32,000 bases of DNA from an uncultured Bacteriovoracaceae bacterium (GTDB lineage: Bacteria; Bdellovibrionota; Bacteriovoracia; Bacteriovoracales; Bacteriovoracaceae): the NCBI GenBank assembly GCA_964012805.1, contig CAXGUD010000007.1, forward strand, positions 88,931-120,930. The letters are read 5' to 3'. Numbering within the stretch: position 1 is the stretch's first letter; each line of letters starts with the position of its first letter. The notes under the pieces are model-generated. The model was given only the letters and a program-made list of their open reading frames with translations, was not told the origin of the DNA and ran no database searches. Both the position numbers and the translations under genes were made by a program. This document shows positions 7,601 through 14,798 of the stretch, one piece after another.

Positions 7601-9937
7601 GTCTATTTGCTCATTAGCAACTTCATTTGAATCCTTATCAAATTTAGGCCAGCTTGACACCAGTTTAGAGACGTCGGCACAACTATATTCCCACCCTAGC
7701 TTTGCTACACAATCAAAATCTTTTACACATTGATGGAACTGTCTACATGACCCACCCTTATTTTGTTCAGGATGATCTATTCCTAAGGATGGATTATAAT
7801 CAAACTGGCTTACAGAGTTGCTTCCTAAGTCAACCATCACGGAAACCGTAGTTGAAGTAGGATCAGAAAGGTCAGCAAATGGAGCATTAAAAGCCAAAAA
7901 GAGCTTTGTGCTTGTAGAGGTTACTCTTCTTCCATTTCCAATTGAAAACCAGCTCACACCATCAAAGCTTCCAACAATTGATCCTTTATTAAAACCATAC
8001 CAGTCTCTTTGATAGCCATTAATAAAAAGAGCAGCTTGAGTTTCAAGCCTATTTTTTCTTTGCGTTTGTAGGTCTGGATTTTTTACATGGCTAAAAGCAA
8101 TCATTGTTGGAGGCAACCAGCAGGCCCTACCAAAAATTGTATCCTCATAGTTTCCATTAGAAATATTATTTTCATATGAGTATCTTTTTGTTGAATATCC
8201 AGCTGCTTGAATCCCTTTACCATTTTGGGAAAATGGATAAGCGGTTAGAGAAGATAACCAAGTATCTTTTTTGCATTGTGGACATGGAGTGAAGAAACCT
8301 TTGATTGCACTAATTATATATTGTCTATCGTACTCGACGTTAAGAACTTTTGCAGGTACGGCCGCATCGAGTGATACATTGATAGGACCCAAGATAGCAT
8401 TCATACTATAAGCACTCATTTCTGGTTCAGTTTTTCCTTTATTATCTTGATAAAAGAAAATATCGCCTTCTTGGTCTTTTGATTGATCTGTTGAAAGAAT
8501 AAAAGACGTCATATCATCTACACTAGATCCATCTGTCTTTTTGAAGAATCTGTGAGGTGTGGTTCTTCCGTTAAGTTTAATTTCTAATTCTTGAAAAGGA
8601 GTTTCACTAGGGTCAATATTTGGAACTTCACATTCAAATCGGAGAATTGTACCGACGAGGTTCTTGATAGGCCTCAAACTATAGTTCGGGCACAGGAGGT
8701 TATCAGGAGATTCTGGCAAAGGGTCTGCTTTACATCCACACCTTTTCCAAACGATGTCCCTAATTTTTTTATGACAATCTTCAGGTTGCTCTCCATAGCA
8801 GACGGTAGTCTGCTTTGAAGAATCCAAGTATGAAAGATAAGGGTATGAATCTGCTGAAGGGTCTGAAGTGCTGCAAACATTATTGTTTACAAAGTCAGGA
8901 GTGTCTTTTTTTCCTTCTTCAAGGCAATCGTAGTAATATCCATCCTGTTTGAAATTCCACTGTGCTTGTTCGAGATTATTATCGCTTGAAGGTGGCGTAC
9001 TCGGAACATCTTGAGCGTAATTTGGGCATATGTAGTAGATATGAGGGTAGAAAACTTTATTTTTGGAGTCTGAAATTACATCTTGAAGGGCTTGATCATA
9101 ATCAGGATAAGAAGAGGCTCCTGGTTTTACCCCACCATCATTTACACATTGATTGTTAAGGCAGCAATCAAAACCTGTGGCTTTGCAAGTTGAATTATTG
9201 CAACGAGAGTCACCAATTTGAGAACTTATATTTGGTGAAAGAATTTCTATGCCAAACCCTAAGAGTGATAACTTTTCTTTTGAAACTTTATTATCTTTTG
9301 TAAGAGGAATATTACCGTTCGTATCTGTGTTCTCTTCATAAAGTGAAATATGACTCGAAGAAATTTGTGTTGAACAACTAGGGCAAATGTCACTATTTTG
9401 AAAAGAAGTAGCAGCGGTTCCTGTCGCAGGGTTGGTCGAGGAAATTACTGTACTGCTGATGATATTGTTTTCTGTAAAAGGGAGATCACCACTACATCGA
9501 TCCTTACTTTCGCTAGAGCTTTTCAGGTCTAGTCTTAGGAGTCTTTCTAACGTTTGATTTGAAAAATTTGTAAAGGTTATGGGTATTGCCTGGACTCTAA
9601 GTTGAGTCTTTGTGTTATCGGGCAATATGAAATCACTTACGATGCAATATTTTTTTGCTGCATTTGTTTTGTACTTTAGGAAGTCGTGAATAAGTCTACC
9701 CCTCAAATAAACAATCGAAGTATTTTCACGGCTAATAGAGACGAGCTTTCCGTTATTTTGAGATGTGTACCAATAGAGCTCCCCGGCCGAGCCAAATGTA
9801 GGATTTTTGGCCGGTGTTTTTTTTGTAGATAATTTTGACTTCCTCATATTTCGAGGAACTTCCTCTACCAAACAAGAGGTTAAAAAAATAAGAAGGACGA
9901 AAAGTATATTTTTTCTCATTATTTCAGTCATTTCCAT
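4613..9937 (-). CDS. Giant cysteine-rich surface/periplasmic lipoprotein, function unknown (1774 aa)
   Basis: Uninterrupted 5.3-kb ORF. Lipoprotein signal MRKNILFVLLIFLTSC, so the real start is probably the internal ATG at 9919 rather than 9937. About 55-57 cysteines by hand count, including five CC doublets. Recurring C-x(4-8)-C-x(5-6)-C modules occur, e.g. GSCRQFHQCVKDFDC, SACLRRAGSICHTDLDC, RCVYRGAGSLC, RCNNSTCKATGFDCC. Rich in S/T/N/D/P/Y. No enzymatic motif recognised. Confidence 0.85.
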   Translation of the reverse strand: MEMTEIMRKNILFVLLIFLTSCLVEEVPRNMRKSKLSTKKTPAKNPTFGSAGELYWYTSQNNGKLVSISRENTSIVYLRGRLIHDFLKYKTNAAKKYCIVSDFILPDNTKTQLRVQAIPITFTNFSNQTLERLLRLDLKSSSESKDRCSGDLPFTENNIISSTVISSTNPATGTAATSFQNSDICPSCSTQISSSHISLYEENTDTNGNIPLTKDNKVSKEKLSLLGFGIEILSPNISSQIGDSRCNNSTCKATGFDCCLNNQCVNDGGVKPGASSYPDYDQALQDVISDSKNKVFYPHIYYICPNYAQDVPSTPPSSDNNLEQAQWNFKQDGYYYDCLEEGKKDTPDFVNNNVCSTSDPSADSYPYLSYLDSSKQTTVCYGEQPEDCHKKIRDIVWKRCGCKADPLPESPDNLLCPNYSLRPIKNLVGTILRFECEVPNIDPSETPFQELEIKLNGRTTPHRFFKKTDGSSVDDMTSFILSTDQSKDQEGDIFFYQDNKGKTEPEMSAYSMNAILGPINVSLDAAVPAKVLNVEYDRQYIISAIKGFFTPCPQCKKDTWLSSLTAYPFSQNGKGIQAAGYSTKRYSYENNISNGNYEDTIFGRACWLPPTMIAFSHVKNPDLQTQRKNRLETQAALFINGYQRDWYGFNKGSIVGSFDGVSWFSIGNGRRVTSTSTKLFLAFNAPFADLSDPTSTTVSVMVDLGSNSVSQFDYNPSLGIDHPEQNKGGSCRQFHQCVKDFDCVAKLGWEYSCADVSKLVSSWPKFDKDSNEVANEQIDKASFSTILSKFPPSGSTTKRCVYRGAGSLCKRNFKDDLDKKYQKLFTCAPNFYCASYGDNVFNDKVMRVPNLYSSIQYGQQANTLGRPEKYVGATAILPDSAKSSIIHHASLYSSDTSDFGLCRPGKKIITTTTTSPVIDQHQNPDSQKRTDYISQISSCDETSTGANRVITCPLFERDIKSINYGNYITDITGDNSNNLVTPEYQKELHYQNSCGGESIYNDKSTFERIEAKRIDSLAFLEEQTLVGSACLRRAGSICHTDLDCTPNILHEREALTLDKSYFGNTDAEHDYWKESLVCGQAQKQPSLTDYDYEKYDMTKNRCCREVGKDITIYTQYKKGVNDPDLIPEQGTGNDDLSSDTLPHNSPSTDGRYSRFSIIDFVDATSVNDATPDPYSQLPILRTESDGTPDTPKQFQWKTIHETARRSCCGGGWIRKFADDTNDWTQNPRINFDVAAFSCLNYMSPVSFYPPTNNCSTNSSTSCLDSDAVSTKNYNKDVEKLCLSPEYGGCIQVSIPSVAGYELSYPTDSTNDDTKMDTTPTETPVTGSPVKQLMSFESPYMPTPYANPTPIASSGPYNYFATRSFHDAVSFYLPIYIGGKSNINSVSIKYVSDQTTWSETAIEDPAYCDPTITPNKTNPRAFSNPERWCIETLTNGYQIFHIKADQSADNPDPNENDPWNYAGVEINFNPIGTTIFKYDPSDTGPSYKTTATSDTRLNPGNALYYLTKLSRFELMGIPQIFYEPIYCNTDRSQLVENIFSISPHTRTQFEKSGTSFQYDRTKNYSSGRSLGQIYDYETGSALDQTNDISNPDGHIVLQDKVMLGKVFSPHKFKCCMKLGETAPSKESCCSNYTVSEKNEVGQTVEVCKLPPGTNLNVYFNRFVSGEGHGKTLPAGGLSESNYIPETGEPKLNRETFNKLEALGREYCYDKKIRRGAAFGYFYPEPNSGFFEQEQTPDQSRKYSIIDSVLDSDTLNDTGTTRFLQGFRWNHHIYCQ

Positions 9938-10121
9938 TAATTATTTTCGGTATTACCCTCTTTTTATTTAGTGTTCTTTTTTTATAATTCTAATTCAAAT
10001 GATGATTATCCTGGATGTGACTTTAGAAACTAAAAAGTGATTGTGGGGTCCACATACTTGAAATAATTAGTTTTTTTGGAAAGGGAAAAAAAAGAAAAAG
10101 AGTAAGGATAAGTTTAGTATG

Positions 10122-10147
10122 ACAATTATTTCCGCCGAATAATTGTG
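10122..10147 (-). terminator. Hairpin just downstream of the dus stop (possible terminator)
   Basis: A 9-bp AT-rich inverted repeat, acaattatt / aataattgt, with an 8-nt loop (tccgccga), begins 7 nt after the dus stop. A pyrimidine-rich tract follows on the minus strand, but there is no immediate U-run. Confidence 0.3.
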
Positions 10148-10153
10148 TCAGTT

Positions 10154-11242
10154 TTAACCGTGTCCGCCTCTCATAAAATTTTCAGAATCTTTTATATGTT
10201 TTTGTGCTTTACCTTGAGAAAGAAAAAAGTCCTCAGAAATTTTGAGGACATCTTCAATATTTGTGGCCCTGAATAGCTCATCTCTAAAATGAGAAACATT
10301 GGTAAAACCAGCGGCAAGCCAAATGAGGTGCTTCCTCATTTGAACTAGAAGCACTTTCTCTCTATCGACATAAGCCTCTAAATGGCCGTAAAGCCTTTTT
10401 GCTACTTCGTAAATATCTTCTGCTGTAAAAAAAACTTGATCCTTTTCAATTGATTGATCAGGTAGCCCTTCTAAAAAAATAAAAGGATTTCTTAGAGCTG
10501 CTCTGCCGATCATGAGAGCGTCACAGTTTGTATGACTAAGTCTTTCCTGAATCTTTTTCCCGTGATGGAGGTCTCCATTACCAATGATAGGAAGGGGAGA
10601 GTTGGAAGAAATTGATTCAAGATAATTCCAATTCGCATGCCCTTTGTAAGCTTGAGTCCTTGTTCTTCCATGTATTGCGACAAACTCTATTCCCTCTGAG
10701 GAAGCTATGTTAATAACTTCTTGTGCGTTAATATTATCCTCATCCCAGCCTGTTCTGATTTTTATGGAGAGAGGAACTGTTAAGTTTTTTCTAATTGTTG
10801 AAAAGAAGCTAGAAAGTTTTTTTGGTTCCTTTAAAAGGGCGGAGCCCCCACCTTTTGATACCACTTTTCTTACAGGGCAGCCCATATTAATATCGACAAA
10901 TTTAGGTGCAAAGCCTTGGGCTACTGATGCTGCTTCGGCCATTATATTTTCATCTTCCCCAAAAATTTGTAGACCAACGTTGGTCTCTTTAGGGTCGATG
11001 TAGAGCATCTTCATGGTTTTTTCATTTTTTCTTACAATACCGTGGCAAGAAATTAACTCGCTGACTGTTCCTCCAGCCCCTAGTTCCTCCATAAGTAATC
11101 GAAAAGGAGCATTGCAAATACTCGACATGGGAGCTAAAAGGAGGGGTGAAGAAAAATGGACTTGACCAAGAGTTAACGGCTTTTTATTTTTTTTAAGCCT
11201 GTCAATTTTGGCTTGTAATTTTGCTGAGAATAAATCTTTCAT
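10154..11242 (-). CDS. dusB: tRNA-dihydrouridine synthase (Dus family, DusB-like)
   Basis: LLLAPMSSICNAPFR, DINMGCPVRKV (catalytic Cys), AIHGRTRTQAYKG and GNGD are all diagnostic of Dus flavoenzymes. Confidence 0.85.
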   Translation of the reverse strand: MKDLFSAKLQAKIDRLKKNKKPLTLGQVHFSSPLLLAPMSSICNAPFRLLMEELGAGGTVSELISCHGIVRKNEKTMKMLYIDPKETNVGLQIFGEDENIMAEAASVAQGFAPKFVDINMGCPVRKVVSKGGGSALLKEPKKLSSFFSTIRKNLTVPLSIKIRTGWDEDNINAQEVINIASSEGIEFVAIHGRTRTQAYKGHANWNYLESISSNSPLPIIGNGDLHHGKKIQERLSHTNCDALMIGRAALRNPFIFLEGLPDQSIEKDQVFFTAEDIYEVAKRLYGHLEAYVDREKVLLVQMRKHLIWLAAGFTNVSHFRDELFRATNIEDVLKISEDFFLSQGKAQKHIKDSENFMRGGHG

Positions 11243-11246
11243 AGGA

Positions 11247-11271
11247 GACCCAATCTAGCTAGATTAGGGTC
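11247..11271. promoter_or_regulatory. 25-nt near-perfect palindrome in the 54-bp dus/HAD divergent intergenic region
   Basis: The sequence is gaccc-aatctag|ctagatt-a-gggtc: a 14-bp perfect core palindrome plus 5-bp GC-rich flanks with one bulged A. Confidence 0.5.
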
Positions 11272-11296
11272 CTCACGTCAAGCAGAGGAAGCAATT

Positions 11297-11980
11297 ATGG
11301 ATAAAACAACAGGGTCTTTGAAGAAAGGTTATATTGTTTTTGATTTGGATGGAACATTGGTTTATAGCCATAAACAGATTTTATTGGCATCTAAAATTGT
11401 ATTAGAGAAGTGGTTTGGGCATGAGGTTTCAGAAAAAGATTTTCAAGATGGTTTTCATAAAAATCCGGTAAAGTTCTACAAAAACTTTGATATAGACGTT
11501 AGCCTCCCTAAAAACAGAAAAAAAATTGAGGCCTGTTGGGAGGAAGCGTCTCTAGAGGTAGGGCTTGATGTACCTCTTTTCCCTGATATAAGCGATCTTT
11601 TGAGAAAGCTAAAAGAGGAAGGATTTGCTATTTACATTTGGACAGCAAGAGATAAACTTTGCGCTCACAAAATTTTAAAAAATTTGGAGATTTTTGACTT
11701 TTTTGAGGGTATCTCTTGTGGAGATGAAACGGCTCATAAACCTAGCCCAGAAGGTTTGGAGGCCCTCGTTGGATGTCACCCAAAAGAGAAAACTTTCGTC
11801 GTTGGTGATAGTGAGACCGATATTCAAGGAGCGAAAGCCTTTGGAAGTAGGGCCTTGGCGGCTTTATGGTGCCCTAATGCTGAAGAAACTGTTCTAAAAA
11901 GTGCAGGAGCAGATTTTTTAGTGGCCAAACCTTTGGAATGTCTGGATATCTTTAGGCAAAGTTTGGCCAGAGAAAGTTAA
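11297..11980 (+). CDS. HAD-superfamily hydrolase (phosphoglycolate phosphatase-like)
   Basis: HAD motifs I-IV are present: FDLDGTLV, IWTARD, HKPSPEG, GDSETD. A GAGGA Shine-Dalgarno sits 7 nt upstream. Confidence 0.8.
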   Translation: MDKTTGSLKKGYIVFDLDGTLVYSHKQILLASKIVLEKWFGHEVSEKDFQDGFHKNPVKFYKNFDIDVSLPKNRKKIEACWEEASLEVGLDVPLFPDISDLLRKLKEEGFAIYIWTARDKLCAHKILKNLEIFDFFEGISCGDETAHKPSPEGLEALVGCHPKEKTFVVGDSETDIQGAKAFGSRALAALWCPNAEETVLKSAGADFLVAKPLECLDIFRQSLARES

Positions 11981-12032
11981 AATTTGATAAGAATTTGAGA
12001 TAATATTAAAGAGAATTAAAGGATGTTTGGCT

Positions 12033-13493
12033 ATGTTTGACACTTTAAGCGAGAAATTCGCGGATGCTTTTAAGGTTATCCAGGGCAAAAATAAAATTTC
12101 TGAATCAAATATTGAGGATGCCCTTAAACAGGTACGGACTGCTCTTTTAGAAGCCGATGTAAACTTTAAAGTAGTAAAGTCATTTGTTAGTGCTGTAAAA
12201 GATAAAGCTCTTGGAGAAAAGGTCGTTTCCGGAGTTAATCCTGGTGAACAATTCGTTAAGATTGTTCATGATGAATTGGCCAATGTCATGGGTGGGAACC
12301 ATGAAGAAATGAGTTTTGATAGAGACTCTATTCTACCTATTCTCGTTGTTGGTCTAAATGGTCAGGGAAAGACAACTTTTTCTGGAAAATTGAGTAAATT
12401 TTTAAAAGAAAAGAAAAAGAAAGACGTTCTCCTCGTCCCTGCAGATACTTTTAGACCTGCTGCAAAGAAACAACTCCAAGTTTTAGCTGAAAGCTTAGAT
12501 ATTGAATGCTTTGACTCCGACCTTTCATCAGGGCCTGATAAGATCGCTATCAGTGCCCTAAATTACGCTAAAGAAAATAAAAAAGATATTGTCATTGTCG
12601 ACACCGCTGGGCGTCTTCATGTTGATGATGAGCTTATGTCCCAACTTGAAAGTGTAAAAAAAGCTATTGAGTATCAAAAGCCTGAGGTTTTGCTTGTAGC
12701 TGATGCAATGACTGGTCAAGAATCAGTTAAGGTCGCTAAAACTTTTCACGACACAGTTGGTTTAACAGGGGTTGTTCTCTCTAAAATGGACTCAGATGCC
12801 AGAGGGGGAGCTGCTCTCTCTATTCGTCATGCGACGGGTGTTCCCATAAGATTTATTTCTATGGGTGAAAAAATGAAAGACTTGGAGCTTTTTCACCCTG
12901 ACCGCTTGGCCGGAAGAATCCTTGATATGGGGGATGTGGTTACCCTAGTTGAAAAAGCTGAAGAGAATATTGATGAGAAAGAAGCTGAAAAAATGATGAA
13001 AAACCTCGAAAAGGGTCAATTCAGCGTAGACGACTTCATGAAGCAAATGAATATGATGAGTAAACTGGGCTCCATGGGTTCACTTCTAAAAATGATTCCA
13101 GGTATGGGTGGTGTCTTAAGAGATGTAGGTGATCTTTCACCCGCAGAAAATGAAATGAGCCGCATGAAGGTCATTATTTCTTCTATGACTAAAGCAGAGA
13201 GGAAAAATTACAAAATTATTAAAGAATCAAGAATTGAAAGAATTGCAAAAGGTTCAGGTAATACAGTGCAGTCTGTCAAAGACTTCATTTCTAAGTTTAA
13301 GCAAATGGAGAAAATGATGACTGGCATGATGGGCATGTTCAAAGGTGGCGGCCTTCCAGGGATGGCCGGATTTCCAGGTATGGGTGGGGCGGAAGGTGGT
13401 CCCATGGGTATTCAAAATGGCTTTCGACCTCCTGGAAAAAAGAAGCCAAAAAAAGGAAAAAAAGGAAACCCATGGGGAAAAGGTTACTTTTAA
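12033..13493 (+). CDS. ffh: Signal recognition particle protein Ffh
   Basis: MFDTLSEKF N-terminus. GTPase motifs GLNGQGKTTF, DTAGR, SKMDSDARGGAALS. Met-rich M domain and a Gly/Lys-rich tail. I prefer the ATG at 12033 (SD aaagga upstream) over the TTG at 12027 used in the track. Confidence 0.95.
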   Translation: MFDTLSEKFADAFKVIQGKNKISESNIEDALKQVRTALLEADVNFKVVKSFVSAVKDKALGEKVVSGVNPGEQFVKIVHDELANVMGGNHEEMSFDRDSILPILVVGLNGQGKTTFSGKLSKFLKEKKKKDVLLVPADTFRPAAKKQLQVLAESLDIECFDSDLSSGPDKIAISALNYAKENKKDIVIVDTAGRLHVDDELMSQLESVKKAIEYQKPEVLLVADAMTGQESVKVAKTFHDTVGLTGVVLSKMDSDARGGAALSIRHATGVPIRFISMGEKMKDLELFHPDRLAGRILDMGDVVTLVEKAEENIDEKEAEKMMKNLEKGQFSVDDFMKQMNMMSKLGSMGSLLKMIPGMGGVLRDVGDLSPAENEMSRMKVIISSMTKAERKNYKIIKESRIERIAKGSGNTVQSVKDFISKFKQMEKMMTGMMGMFKGGGLPGMAGFPGMGGAEGGPMGIQNGFRPPGKKKPKKGKKGNPWGKGYF

Positions 13494-13519
13494 CAGGGTT
13501 ACTTTGGATTATGCGTGGC

Positions 13520-13546
13520 GAAGTCGGTTGACTTCTTTAGTTGTTT
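13520..13546 (+). terminator. Weak hairpin plus T-rich tract between ffh and rpsP (terminator/attenuator candidate)
   Basis: gaagtc-ggtt-gacttc (6-bp stem, 4-nt loop) followed by tttagttgttt. Confidence 0.3.
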
Positions 13547-13608
13547 GATTTAATTAAAGTTCTGAGAAGATAAAATATTGACGCAATAAGTCGTTGCAGG
13601 AGTAGATG

Positions 13609-13854
13609 ATGCTAAAAATTAGACTTAACAGAGGCGGAAGAACTCATAGACCTATCTATACAATCGTTGTGACAGACTCTAGAAACCCTAGAGATGGCAA
13701 GTTTATTGAAAAACTTGGGAAATACGATCCAAAAGCAGAAGATAATGCTCTTGTGAATGTTAAAGCAGAGACCATCTCGGCGTATGTTAAAAAAGGTGCA
13801 GCTTTAAGTGACACAGTGAGAACTCTTCTCAAGAAAAATAAAATAGCTCTTTAG
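13609..13854 (+). CDS. rpsP: 30S ribosomal protein S16
   Basis: MLKIRLNRGGRTHRPIYTIVVTDSRNPRDGKFIEKLGKYDP is a canonical S16 sequence. AGGAG lies 6 nt upstream of the ATG at 13609; the tandem ATG at 13606 is the alternative start. Confidence 0.95.
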   Translation: MLKIRLNRGGRTHRPIYTIVVTDSRNPRDGKFIEKLGKYDPKAEDNALVNVKAETISAYVKKGAALSDTVRTLLKKNKIAL

Positions 13855-13951
13855 TATACTAAAGCTTATAATAAAACGAAAAGCTTGGGTATTAAGCTTA
13901 GACACTTGAAGAATAAAGTCGTTTTTGGACAATCAATCAAGCGAGAGTTGT

Positions 13952-14191
13952 ATGAGTGAATTAAAAGAACTTATTCAGTACGTTAGCAAGGCTTTAGTTG
14001 ATATGCCTGAGGAAGTTACGGTTAATGAAATCGTAGGTGAGCAAACTACAGTAGTCGAACTTAAAGTCGACAAATCAGATTTAGGTAAGGTCATAGGTAA
14101 GCAGGGAAGAACTGCAAGGGCTTTACGAACAATCTTGAACGCGGCTTCTACGAAGTTGAAAAAAAGATCAGTTTTAGAAATCATTGAATAA
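13952..14191 (+). CDS. KH-domain RNA-binding protein (UPF0109/YlqC family)
   Basis: [29 protein letters not shown] is the KH GxxG core. It occupies the conserved position after rpsP. The start is probably the ATG at 13952 (MSELKEL) rather than the TTG at 13925. Confidence 0.85.
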   Translation: MSELKELIQYVSKALVDMPEEVTVNEIVGEQTTVVELKVDKSDLGKVIGKQGRTARALRTILNAASTKLKKRSVLEIIE

Positions 14192-14205
14192 TTGATAAAT
14201 TTGAT

Positions 14206-14233
14206 GCTCTTTCCTTCTTTATGCAAGGAAAGA
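14206..14233 (+). terminator. Perfect 10-bp stem-loop downstream of the KH gene
   Basis: ctctttcctt-ctttatgc-aaggaaagag begins 15 nt after the stop codon. No U-tract follows, so the intrinsic-terminator assignment is tentative. Confidence 0.4.
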
Positions 14234-14356
14234 GTGCCCTCCTAAAAAGTGCAAAAATTCAATTCTTTTTGTAAGCCAATTTTATCCCCATTGGTCTATT
14301 GGTAGTTGTTTTATAAAATAGAGATGTCTATTTATAAAGATGCCAAGGATTCGTTT

Positions 14357-14725
14357 ATGAGTTTGAAAGGTTGTAAAGTATTAATTGTTGATGATGAAGA
14401 AGATTTATTGCAAATGGTTGCTGAAGCCTTTGAAGAAGAAGGTTGTACAGTTTCTACAGCAAATAATGGTGAAGACGCCTTAAATATTTTTTTAGAAAAA
14501 GATATACAGGTAGTCATCGCAGATGAGTCAATGCCCAAGTTAGATGGGCACGAACTAATGGCAAAAATCCAAGAGAGTAAAAAAGCTTTTCCTTTATATT
14601 TCTTTTCAACTGGTTCTATGGAGTTATTAGAGAATGAACTCCAGGAAAAAGGCGCGACAGGTTTGATCACTAAGCCCTTCGACTTAGACACTATCTTAGA
14701 TCTTGTTAGAAATAAAATTAGCTAA
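14357..14725 (+). CDS. Stand-alone response regulator receiver (CheY-like)
   Basis: KVLIVDDEED (acidic pocket), VVIADESMPKLDG (phospho-acceptor Asp), FFSTGS (Ser/Thr) and ITKPF (Lys-Pro). No output domain. The ATG at 14357 has an AAGGA SD; 14324 and 14306 are alternative starts. Confidence 0.85.
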   Translation: MSLKGCKVLIVDDEEDLLQMVAEAFEEEGCTVSTANNGEDALNIFLEKDIQVVIADESMPKLDGHELMAKIQESKKAFPLYFFSTGSMELLENELQEKGATGLITKPFDLDTILDLVRNKIS

Positions 14726-14798
14726 TTAAGAAATTTATTTTGTTGTAATTTTTAGTTGAAAGAAAAAAGATTAGAGATTTTATAAAAAGGAAAAGAGA

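Noticed and set aside
5230-9159. Nine 64-92-aa ORFs from the track lie inside the giant gene in other frames or strands: 5230-5508, 5843-6052, 5941-6144, 6202-6459, 7818-8012, 8591-8818, 8674-8880, 8962-9159.
   Set aside because: All are fully nested in a 5.3-kb uninterrupted ORF with coherent protein features. Their translations are low-complexity or odd in composition, with no motifs. They are typical shadow ORFs.
10707-11003. A 98-aa plus-strand ORF lies inside dus.
   Set aside because: It is antisense to a CDS carrying diagnostic Dus motifs (NMGCP, HGRT). It is a shadow ORF.
13208-13548. ORFs 13208-13405 (-) and 13345-13548 (+) overlap the 3' end of ffh. Also noted: the Gly/Met/Pro/Lys-rich Ffh C-terminal tail itself.
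   Set aside because: The Gly-codon-rich repeat region generates open frames on both strands. Low-complexity Met/Gly tails followed by basic residues are common in Ffh M domains, so this is not a separate feature.
13975-14691. Minus-strand ORFs 13975-14226 and 14332-14691 (119 aa).
   Set aside because: They are antisense to the KH-domain and receiver genes, both of which have unambiguous family motifs.
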